A stretch of DNA of 64,000 nt, from contig OZ024742.1 in assembly GCA_964016885.1 (NCBI GenBank), forward strand, positions 91,326,001 to 91,390,000, read 5' to 3'. This document shows, piece by piece, positions 53,145 through 64,000 of this stretch. Below the pieces are notes generated by a model that worked only from the letters and a program-made list of their open reading frames with translations, ran no database searches and was not told the origin of the DNA. Positions within the stretch are counted from its first letter, which is position 1. Each line of letters starts with the position of its first letter. Position numbers and translations under genes: made by a program. The DNA comes from Eledone cirrhosa (taxonomy: Eukaryota).

Positions 53145-56100
53145 GTAAAAATTACATTTCTTTTCATTTCTTTATAATATATATATTTCTTCAGACTATT
53201 ATTTAACCTCAGTGGATAATCTTATTGTTGACGAAAATATACTTCTTTCTTTATATGTCGATTTTTTAAGAATCATTTCTTTCGTTCGAACTGAACGTAC
53301 TTACGAATATGTCCTCTAAATTAATCCGGTCACTTATTATAGACATCTATTTTGAAAATATTTTACTCGTATCACTTTTACCTGCTCAAAATACCGTTCT
53401 TTTATCAGTGTTACATAATGTCTTTTTCAATATCTTTTTATCCATTAAAATTACTTAGTCACCTCCCAGTACTGACCTAATCTCCGAATGAAGTAATAGA
53501 GGTCACATTATATCAGCTTCACATAACCACCCATTGCTTATGTTAACAATTATAAACCAGTATAATAAATATGTATGTATACATATTCAGCAGATTGTAT
53601 GTTCCATTAATTTCAATCTTACACTTGTAGTTTTGTTTGTTATAATTCATTTCATACTTAATGGTTATGCACCCTACATCCTCCGAGAATAGATTGATCT
53701 TTTCATCTCTAGATTGATAAAACTGGTAAATATAAACCAGAATCCGAGGAAAGGATTAATAGATCCTCTATAACGAAGAGCTTCGCTCGAAACGTTAGTT
53801 TTGCCCTCCACTATAGTTCTTTGTATATAGAACGGTGTATCTCTATACTTAATAAAAATGTTCCTTCTAAATCACCTATGCACAACCTTATTCAGAAGTA
53901 GTCAACAAAGTTCACGAAGAAAACTTCAGAGGCCACCAGATTTCAAATCGATTCAGAAGTTCCGCTTTGTATAGGCAATACAGGGTGTCAACATGGTTGG
54001 GCTGAGTAATCTAGTACATCCCCAAACACTTTTTGTTTCCATCCTTATATAATTCCGTGGATTGTTGATTATGCATCAGAATTATGTCTAATTTTTATCT
54101 CCTATTAGTACTTGACAAAAAGGTTTCTTGCAAGCAGATTAACAGGAAAGAAAGACTTTGTACGTAATAGATGTTCAGGGAAATTTGATAAGAATGTCAC
54201 TGTTATGAACTTTTTACAGTCCCATGAAGGATCCATAGAAGTGGTTGAGAGCTTCTGCTACCTAGGCGATCAAATTAGTAGTGTGTGTGTGTGTGTGTTG
54301 TGGGGGGGGGGGGGGGGGGCAGTGCTCCAGGAGCGTAGCTGGAATAAGAATGGGATGGTAGAAGTTTAGAGAGCTACAACCCCTGTTGACAACAATGTTT
54401 CTCACTACAAAACAAATGGCCAGCTATATGATGCTTGGTTCTGAAACATGGGCAATGACTGTAGAGGACATGTGAAGGCTGGAGAGAAATGAGAGCAAGC
54501 TTCAATGGGTGTGTAATGTTAATGTACATGAAAGACAATGCATGGATGAACTAAGTATAAGAGAAATCAGATGTCTGTAGGAGAGAAGACTGTGCTAGTA
54601 TAGACATGTAATACACATGAATGATGATTGCTGGGTTAAGAAATCCCAGTGGAAGGAAGCCACAGTAAAGGATGACCAAGAAAAGTGAGAGCTGATCTCA
54701 AATCGCTGAAGCTCGTGATAGAGATGACAAAGGATCGCGACGAGTAGACAGATGCTGTGCTGAAAAGGACCTGTCCAACCCATATAAGTGTGGAAAAGTA
54801 GACATGAAATGACATTAGATATTAGGATTTGGGTTTATTTAATTTGAAATAAGTCTTACAAATGTTTCTAATATTTATTTAAAAATCTTTTTTGCAGGTG
54901 AGGCAGTTTGCAACTTCTTCCTTGAGACACAAACTTGTAAAGGTACTTATTTCATATTATTACTGTTATTACTATTACTTCTTTATATGTTGTTGTTTAT
55001 CTCAGTCAGTGTATCTAATCCTACATTACTTAGTGTTTTGGGGTTTTTTTTTTTAGCTAGTATTGTTTGAGGAAGATTTCTTTGCTGTGTATAGCAGGTT
55101 CATATAAATTTTGCAGAGTGGTGAATAGAATCCCAATTAGATCAGAATTCTAAATTGTAGATAGGAGATTAATATAATTTACTTTCCATATCATTATCTT
55201 TAAAAAAAACTTGAATGACTCTTAACTAAAATATTTTCCCCTTAAATAAAATCCCAACCTTTGCTGGCTCTCGCTAAATATTTGCATGGAAAATAGGCAA
55301 ACATTTACTATAGGCAATCTTTATTGAACAGGGTGCCATGTTGAGCCTTCAATTTCCTCTGCAGCCATCACCTCTGATGCCCAAGAACTGGCTGAAAGAT
55401 CATTTGTAATATGTATAAGTATGATGTGTCAAACTAATAGTTTATTTGCTTTGTTGTTTTGTTTTTTTTTTGTTTTATGTTCCTGTTTTTTAATGTGGAG
55501 TCTGTAATTACAATTTTCTCTATTTTATTATTTTATAGCCACCTATACAAGTATTTGGTGTTGAAGGTCGATATGCTACAGCTCTCTACTCTGCTGCCAC
55601 AAAAGAGAAAAAGCTTGACCTTGTACAGAAAGATCTCACATCCCTCAAGGTGAGTACTGAATGTCATGAGATATATACTGAAACAATCAATTTTATTTTT
55701 GTTACTCCATTATAGTTTCATTAGCTTCGGCTGTGGCATTGTTTGGGTACTGTCATATGTTAATTTTCTAAGTTATTTTCTGCCTCTTTTCATAGAATTT
55801 TTTCTGAAGACAGTATTATATATGGGTGACAGAATCAACAGTGGTAGAGGGTGCTCTGAAAGTACAGTAGCCAGAGTTAGAACAGGATGGAAAAGGTTCA
55901 GAGCTAATAGTGCTGTTGGCCACAAAAGGTTTCTCTCTAAAAATGAAAGGCAGATTGTATGATGCTTGTATATGAATAGCAATGTTACATGGCAGTGAGA
56001 CATGGGCATTGTGTGCAGAGGATATGCGCAGATTGGAAAGGAACGAAGCATGCATACTCCGTTGGATATGTAATAGTAATATACACAAACGGCAAAACAT

Positions 56101-59100
56101 AGACGAACAAAGTGAGAAATTAGGAATAAGAGGGATCAGATACTGTTTACTTGAGAAGATTATGTTGGTATGGTCATGTGATGCACGTGAAAGACGACAG
56201 CTGTATAATAAAGTGTAGGGCGATTAAAATTGATGGAAGCTACAGAGTAGGTAGACCCAGAAAAATCTGGGATGACATGATAAAATCCGACCTTGCACAT
56301 TTACACCTCTCTAAGACAATGTCACTGGGTCGAGACCTTTGGCGCCATGCAGTAATACAGAAGACCCACCTTCCCTATGTACAAAGTTAAACCTACAGTC
56401 AGTAGGCACCTCTTAACCAAATATACACCTCAACCCACTACCCCTACTCCATCCTCCGATTCCCATCAACACCACCCTTTCTCTGTAAAGTTATGTTGGT
56501 ACCACAGAACATCCAGTCCAAACTAAAGAGGTTGTGTAGGTGTCATGACAAAAAAAGCACAGTGTCTGTGCTGTAAAGTGGTCGTATAGGACTGTATCTT
56601 CTTTAAATTTACTTGAAGTTTCCTTTGAGTTTAAAAGTAAGCTTGCCCAAATTTCTGTATGTGTAGTTAGTCGTAATTAACGCAGGGTGTTAATTTAGAG
56701 AAAAATATTATGTGATCTCTATTATATAAAGTTGTTAATGTAGTAAATGTTAGATTTCCTTGTCTTTCCTATGTAACCATGTTAATAATACTGTGTGATG
56801 TTTATAATCTCTGCTATTAAGTAATTTCTATCATTGTCCATTTGCAGGCTTTAATGTCAAAGGATGCGGCTTTCAATCAGTTCATTCAAAATCCTTCATT
56901 GAAACGTCAAGACAAACAGGGTGAGTAATCATAATTGTAATTTCTAATGTTTATTGTTTAATAGGTGTTTGATCTAAAACCCTTCTAGGGCACTAGACAT
57001 ACTTCTTCACCTGTCTATAACATGCCCACATAGTCCTTGGCTGCTTTTAGTGGACCCTACTCTGTTGCAGACATTTGGACCAAGTCTCCAGTCCAAGGAT
57101 AACTTCTGATTCTCCCACCAATGCAATAAGCCATATATGTTGCTCTTTCTCTTTGCCTTAAAATATAAATCATTATTTCCTGTCTGTAATATGTAATGGA
57201 CAACATATTTTTTTAAATATGACAAGAACATCTTAAATTATTAGTGGGTATGTTTTAGAAGCTGCTACAATGCAGGCAGCGTTGTAAATATTGAGGGATA
57301 AAATAAGATGAGAAAGGAGAGAGAGATGTGAGAGTGAATGTAAAGAAGGAAGAAAAAAAAAGATACCAGAGATTATCTTCATAATATTCATTAATCCCTA
57401 CATATTTTGGATATACTATCCAATTTCAAGAGATCTGTTGAGAACTTTGGAGTGGACCTTTTTAGGCTTCTGTACGTATACGAGATTCAGGCGGGTCTAT
57501 TTTGGTTATGGTGGTTGGTGTCATCAATAGGTAGGTAATAATTGTTTCTATTTTTGGCAGAAGGCCAGCAATTATCCCAGTGTATTACTGGTACTTTATT
57601 TTATCGACCCCGTAAGGATGAAAGGCAAAGTTAACCTCGGCGAGATTTGAACTCATACCATAAAGGGCCGTAACTCTTTACTGATACTGCCAATCGTTTG
57701 TTCTGTTGGGGTGGTGGTGTCGGAGTCAAACACTATTGTAGAGTGGAAAGATAACTGAATAACAGGTTTTGACTAATCACAATAGATAGTATTTAAAGAA
57801 GAAAGAAAGACTTCTTGATTGTAATAGATTAAAATTTGTTTTACACCATATAGTTTTGAGTTTCTGTTCAATACCAGCTTAGTAGAGGTAAAATATCTAA
57901 TGGATAAGTATTGTTTATATTTGCTAGTTAGCTCTTTATCGATACATTTCATTGTCGTTGGTTGGAAATAGTTCTCATTTCACTGAACAACATTCTTTCG
58001 AATGCCTTATTTTTATCGTTCACCTAATACGGTCATACATTCAACTCTGTCATCACCATCATTATTTTACATCCATTTTCTATACTGCTGCATGTGTGTG
58101 TCAGTTCTTGTTTGGAGATACTGCTCTTCTAGGTGGGTCGAGGACCATGTCTTGGTTTAGATGCCACAAGCTTTCAGCTGCTCACAGCAGCATTTAACAT
58201 AATACAATAATAATCTGCTTTGTTAACTGGTCATATGATTGTGATTATAGGCAGGCATAAACTCTGAACCATAGAATAATGTTACTGTGATAATTGATAT
58301 TCCTGTTCTGCAGTCCACATTTAAAAAACATTCCTTCCTCCTTCCCTAATTGTTAATGTAATAATTACTATCATTTAGTTAAAGATGTTTATTTCAAAGT
58401 GAAAAGACCATATAACTTAGGTCCTTCTATATATGAAACATAACTTACTTTCTACATTATCCTATTTCAGCTGCCTTGGTTGGTGTTGCTGGGAAGATGA
58501 AATACAACCCTCTTATAGTGAACCTCCTTGGTGAGTAAATCAATAATATTTGTTGTATTTGAATGTCCAAAGGGAGATCTACTGCATCCCTCTCCTAGAA
58601 ATCTCTTTTCTTACCTATGTGTTCTTTTTTTTTTTTTTAGTTTTTTTTTAAAATTCCAATTTGAATATTGCTGCTTATATATTAAAAATTTGGAAGAAAA
58701 AATTGTATTTTTTGTGAGTTGTTTGATAAATCTAAGATAAATATAATATAGAGCTGTGCAGTTTGGTGTAAAATAGCTATTGCAGATTGTATCTGTGTGT
58801 TTAGTCTCAGACTTTGAAATCTTTTGTCCCTACCATTCACTTTGATGTAAACAACAAAATCTTCCAGTTATTCAGGCTTAATATCTCTCTTCTCCATTTC
58901 TCCAAATGCATTTACTATTTCTACTACAGTTAACTTTTGGGATTGATGGCATATGTCTCATCTTATCATCTTATCTCTCTTGGAACATATCAAATTATTT
59001 GGTATCCTGTATTTTCTATACTTGCTTTCTATCTGTATCATTGACTAACATCTCAACTCTCTAAAAATTCCTGATCACTTATCTCCAAACCAAACCTCTA

Positions 59101-60879
59101 TCCTGTCATCATTCTTTCTGCCCCATCTAGTTCATTTAATCACTTCATGATCAATATCTCATTTCATATTTTCAGACTGTACAAACCCTCCCGCCTTATA
59201 CCCTCTGGTAATTCCAGACACTCTAACTCAGAGGTTCTCAAACTGCCCTCCCCCCTTCCCCTCCATTCCAGATAGACTTGTCTACATGCAAATTGTAAAT
59301 GTGACGGGGTATAAAAATAAATTTGTACTGAAAAATTCTTTATAACGGGATCAACCCAACACATCGAGCGTGTGGCTGGGGATTGAAAAATAATTTGTTA
59401 TTGAAAAATTTGTTATAATGGTATTCGTTATAACGGAATTTTACCTGTAATATATAATAAATAATATAATATATACTTTGTATAGATAAATATTCTATAT
59501 TTTTTATTTTACTATATTTATATATATGTATCATTTGATATTTAATATACTATTATATTATCTCTACTGCCCCCTTAGGCCCAGCTCCCCCTGGACCTTC
59601 TCAACGCCCCCCCGGAGCAGTAGTGCCCACTTTGAGAACTTCTGCTCTAACTGGTCAGAGTCTATGTTTATGTATATATATTTACATGTATGTGTGAATA
59701 TATGAATATTTAAACTCTGATCTAATTTCCTGTTTCAATATAACTAAGATTTTTTAGGATCGAAATACTGTGTAAAAAGAAAATTCCATTTTTTTTTTTT
59801 TTTTTATTTGCATTGTTGCAGGTTCTTTTATTAAAACTTGTTTTAATAAGAGCAAAATATTATTTTACTATATCATCATGTGGTATGTTGTTAATTTCCA
59901 GGAGCACTCTCTGAAAATGGACGTATCCAGAAGCTGTCTGGTGTTATTAGTGCATTTGACACCATTATGAGTTCTCACAGAGGGGAAGTATCCTGCGTTG
60001 TTACCACAGCTAAGGTATGTGAATAGTAAGAGTAATTGATATATTGCTGTAATTACCTCAGATGTGCCTCTTTAATGAATAAACTACTCAGGTTGCAAGT
60101 GGGCATCTCCTCTATTTCATAAGTTGCTAATATTTTGTTGTTTAGCTCCTGAAGAAGCAGACCAATGGCTTGTGTTTCTGCATACACAAACATCTTGGAC
60201 TACCACAACAAAAAGAAAGCCATTTGGCTTATTAGCAATAGTTCACTTACTACACATGCAACCACTGACTTACTGATATGCTGTTTCTTGTTTTTTTTAT
60301 TCAATGAACACAAAAAACAATCATTCTCTCTCTGAACCAGTAGGGTTGGGTTTTAGGGAAGAAGTTTATGAAAAGCTAAGGTAATATGAGCTGGATACAG
60401 TTTTCATACTGTCTTAACCCTTAAAGTCCTGTAGTACAGAAAACCACATTAATAAGATATTCTTGAAATGTACAAAACGGTACTGACTGCTTCACAATAA
60501 CATTTTTTAAGTCTTTGCTTTAGCTTAATGCAAATTGTCACAATGATCTGTCTACTAGTAAAGGCACTATTAACATTTGAATTAACAAACCCATTTTTAG
60601 ATATTTCCTGATAAATCTTTACAGCATGTTAAGAGTTAAAAAAAGAACACATTGTATAATGTCATCTTAGAAACTTTGTTTAGAGATTAAAATATCTGGA
60701 TGGTGAGGGCTTATCTGAGGCTAATAACAACAACCAACAACAAGGTTTTAACCCTGCTAGAAATAGCTGCCAAAATCTTCCTACTGTTTTAAATCAGGAA
60801 AAACACATTATATAATATAAGGGATCTTCATGGCTGGAAATATTTGGTATTTGCTCATTCAGGGTTAAACAACACTGGC

Positions 60880-60912
<33 letters not shown>

Positions 60913-61988
60913 ATGATTAAATTTTAGCTTCTTTGCTCTTACTTTAACCTGATAAAATCTGTTTTTTCCAATCACTACCAGGAACTTGATGCTGCCTCTC
61001 TGAAGGAACTTAAAGCAGCTTTAGAGTTGTTTCTCACAAAAAAGGAGACACTTCTTTTGGAAACAAAGGTTAGTTCAACCTCCTTTACTCGCATCTCTTT
61101 TTCTTTGCTTCCTTGTATTTCTCCAATAAATTTTAAATAATTTTGATCGTAATCAAAAATTTTATGGAATTTAGTAATATAACTTATGGAGGCATGTGGC
61201 TTAGTGGTTAGAGCATTGGCCTTGCAATCGAAAGGTTGTGAGTTCAATTCTCAAACCGGGTGATGTGTTGTTTCCTTGAGCAAGAGACTTTATTTCACAT
61301 TGCTCCAGTTTACTCAGCTGTAGAAATGAGATGATAAGGACTGGGGTCTCTATCATTCCACTGCAAAGTGGTCGTGGAGGTGCCACGGCAAAAAAGCACC
61401 CAGCACTCACTGTAAATGAGGTTGGTGTTAGGAAGGGCATCCAGCTGTAGAAATCAAGCCAGAATCAGTTCCCGTCCCACTCTTGCAAGCAGGGAAAAGC
61501 GGACGTAAAATGAAATGATGATGATGATGAACTAACTTTTTCATTAAGATTGTGTTTGGAACAATGATTTTTACATAAATTATTATGGGAAGTTTTAAAA
61601 TGATTATAAACAATTTTGTATCAGATGGGTTGAAAATGGATTCATTATAAATGCATCATTGAATGGTAGACAAAGTCTGTCATCTGCTTAATGCCACCAC
61701 TTAACCCATAAGTGCCTTTAGTGGAGTTGACTTGTTTGTTAGCATCTAGTTTAGGGATAACCTTTTATGATAAAGCACCCCCTCAAAAGCATGTGTTCCA
61801 TTCAGTTTAAGATACTTTCAACAATTAATATTAGACTAGTCTATCATGTTTCTCATTTGTCTTTGTCTTTCCAGGTGGATCCAAACATCATCGGAGGAAT
61901 GTTGGTGAATATAGGGGACAGATTTGTTGACATGTCTATGGCTACCAAAATTAGGACTTATACAAACTTAATCAAGCAAGCAGTATAA
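53118..61988 (+). CDS. ATP5PO: ATP synthase peripheral stalk subunit OSCP (subunit O), 8 coding exons, 209 aa
   Basis: Exons 53118-53144, 54898-54942, 55539-55649, 56848-56920, 58471-58530, 59902-60014, 60982-61068 and 61875-61988, all GT..AG, 630 nt in frame. OSCP motifs present: [62 protein letters not shown]. Confidence 0.97.
54120..54810 (+). mobile_element. RTE-type LINE remnant (ATP5PO intron 1)
   Basis: [14 protein letters not shown] and GSETWA motifs. Confidence 0.7.
54898..54942 (+). CDS. ATP5PO: ATP5PO exon 2 ([15 protein letters not shown])
   Basis: TTTTGCAG acceptor, GT donor, RxFxTS presequence motif. Confidence 0.9.
55539..55649 (+). CDS. ATP5PO: ATP5PO exon 3
   Basis: [43 protein letters not shown] donor. 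Confidence 0.97.
55820..56390 (+). mobile_element. RTE-type LINE remnant (ATP5PO intron 3)
   Basis: [33 protein letters not shown]. Confidence 0.8.
56848..56920 (+). CDS. ATP5PO: ATP5PO exon 4
   Basis: [31 protein letters not shown] acceptor and GTGAGT donor. Confidence 0.93.
57537..57694 (-). mobile_element. SINE family A copy (internally deleted)
   Basis: Family motifs present. Confidence 0.8.
58471..58530 (+). CDS. ATP5PO: ATP5PO exon 5
   Basis: [26 protein letters not shown] acceptor and GTGAGT donor, phase 1/1. Confidence 0.9.
59229..59644. mobile_element. hAT-type MITE with 8-bp target-site duplication
   Basis: TSD CTCTAACT at 59221-59228 and 59645-59652; TIR CAGAGGTTCTCAAA / TTTGAGAACTTCTG. 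Confidence 0.8.
59902..60014 (+). CDS. ATP5PO: ATP5PO exon 6
   Basis: [38 protein letters not shown]. Confidence 0.96.
60418..60635. mobile_element. piggyBac-like MITE
   Basis: TTAA|CCCTTAA...TTAAGAG|TTAA with imperfect TIR. Confidence 0.45.
60982..61068 (+). CDS. ATP5PO: ATP5PO exon 7
   Basis: [29 protein letters not shown]. Confidence 0.93.
61188..61530 (+). mobile_element. SINE family B copy (ATP5PO intron 7)
   Basis: Near-identical to 46662-46995. Confidence 0.85.
61875..61988 (+). CDS. ATP5PO: ATP5PO exon 8 (ends in TAA)
   Basis: [37 protein letters not shown]. Confidence 0.97.
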   Translation: MDPNIIGGMLVNIGDRFVDMSMATKIRTYTNLIKQAV

Positions 61989-62095
61989 TCTTTGAATACA
62001 AACCTTTGCCTTCTCAACATTTGTTGCTCTTTCTCTCAGCGCTGTGTCGTTTCGTAGGGTTTTTATTCTTATGAACCTGTAAACAACTCATTAGA

Positions 62096-62101
62096 ATTAA
62101 A
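62096..62101 (+). terminator. Candidate polyadenylation signal (ATTAAA) of ATP5PO
   Basis: About 108 nt after the stop, followed by T-rich sequence. Confidence 0.4.
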
Positions 62102-64000
62102 GTTTTAAACTGAAAAATCTTGTCATTTTTCTATCTTTTTCCTCCAAAAATTCTGGTGATCCATCTCCAAACATGATATACAGTAACTAAATGTTAAAAC
62201 TTGCTCAACCATAGTTTTGCTGTATAGAAATATGAAAATGGAGACGAGAAAAACAAAATACAGCATAGCTTAGGCATACTGTATTTCTACTTTTATTGAT
62301 TTGTTAAGCCAAATGTATTATCTGTTGAATGTGCAATATGAAATTACATGACAGGCAGGGTGCACTTGTTTAAAATGGTGAAAATGTATTATTTGAGGGA
62401 GATTTGGCTGCTATTTTTAATTGGTTACATTCTCTGTAAAGACAAGCCACTCCTTTAATTATGTGTAGAGGAGTGGGACCTAGGTGTTGTCATGATCTGA
62501 AGAGTGTATTGGCAGAGGTGATGAGAGCTGACCTTGAATTACTGAAACTCAGACGAGTTGAAGGAATGCAGCAAGTGGAAAGATGCTGTGCTGAGAAGGA
62601 CCTGTCCAACCCATGCAAGCATGTAATGCGGATGTAAAAATGATAATGATATTTAATTCTTCAGATTTATCGGAAAATAGAATGTATTTTTCAAGGTATT
62701 AAGAAATATAAAAGAAACAATAGGTGCAGAAGGTAAATTCATGATGGTAATTTTATTCCCAAACTTGGAGTATAATTGTATTCTCCCAAAATGTTAGCAT
62801 TACATAAATAATGCAGCATACAATCTAGATGTCTGTCCATAAAGGACCAATTTGGACATGACAAAAAGTACCCAGTCCACACTAAGGTGGTTGTGCTAGT
62901 GATATGACAAAAAGCACCCAATACACACTGGTTGGTGTTAGAAAGAGCATTCATCTGTAGAAACCAAGCCAAAATACAGATCTGCATGAGCAAGATGTGT
63001 TCTCTGGATGTGACTTGTCTCATAACATGACAACCTGCCTAACCTATGCAAGTGTGGAAAATGGACGTTAAACAATGATGATGATGATTCACAACAAGCT
63101 GATAATAAAGTAGCATCAATGATAATAAATATGCTTTGAGCTTGAAGAGTGAGGAGTATAAATAATAAAAATGTGTTTTGTTGAAAAGTTTGATGAGCAT
63201 CAATACAAGAATGAGGTGATATTGATGGTGATAAATGCAGAGCAGTACTAGGGAATTACAGGAGAGGTAGACAAAAGCAAAACATGATCCATCAAGGATT
63301 TAGAAAGTAGAAAAAACGATTGATCTACAGAAGACGGTTTATGCTGTGGTCCTTATCACAATCAAATAAGTTACTACATTCACCAATAAAAAATACAAAA
63401 TAAAATATCAACAATATATGGAAATAGTTTTTAAAAAAAAAAGGAGAGAACACTAGAGTCTATATTAGTTATCCTCCAACAGCAGTTAAAGGGTCTCAGT
63501 GAAACTATCCGCCGGGGCCAGAGCGTAGGCCCTCATTTGCTCATAGTAGTGAAAGATAGGGAAAATGAGACAGAGGCATTGACAGTGGGAGTTTGGTTCC
63601 TTTGCGTTCAGACCTGTTGTATATATATGTTTCACGGACACACATGAAAGTTATATTTCATGGCCCAAAATTTCAGTTAACTTTTCTCCTTTCCCTTAGC
63701 TTAGGAAATGTGTTGTATTGCATGTCAGATGTTCTATTAGAGAGAGTAGGAGCAACTCAACATTAAATCTGTTAACAAAAAGTTCTGGTTGTTTATTAGA
63801 TTTAATTGAAACCAATCAGCAGTTTTCAGAGATATTGTAAGTCAATAAATGTTAAAGAAGTTCCTTCTCAAGAAGATAGGGATTCATTCTGGAGAAAAAC
63901 CTGGAATGAAAAAAAAAGGTGTTTAACTATGATGCGATGTAGCTTGAGAAAATTTGAATAAAGTATTGCTTCTGCATACATCATCAAAAGCAGTATCTTT

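Noticed and set aside
53770-53800. Hammerhead in ATP5PO intron 1 (gagc-ttc-gctc-GAAACGTTA)
   Set aside because: CTGANGA is missing (ATAACGA) and there is no stem I; inactive relic

Overview
Eukaryotic, very AT-rich, microsatellite-saturated animal DNA. The tRNA-derived SINE families and the dense (TA)n/(CA)n/(GA)n tracts suggest an octopus or other cephalopod (inference). Two intact spliced nuclear genes for mitochondrial proteins lie head-to-head, about 1.26 kb apart. MRPS6 is on the minus strand (3 exons, 44433-51855, 147 aa) and ATP5PO/OSCP is on the plus strand (8 exons, 53118-61988, 209 aa); the ORF track shows only the last ATP5PO exon of these. Bases 1-43 kb contain no recognisable host gene. 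They hold decayed Penelope-like elements (PLEs), a Helitron, L1/Tx1-, CRE- and RTE-type LINE fragments, many SINEs, MITEs and a 77 x 30-bp minisatellite. The most striking hidden structure is a recurring class of short non-coding fold-back modules inserted in (TA)n microsatellites, built as inverted partial copy, then direct copy, then unique tail. Most carry whole or partial type I hammerhead ribozyme motifs. One instead carries a tRNA-like cloverleaf, a T5 run and a poly(A) tail, making it a candidate SINE mobilised by Penelope-like elements. Most ORFs in the supplied track are microsatellite artefacts.
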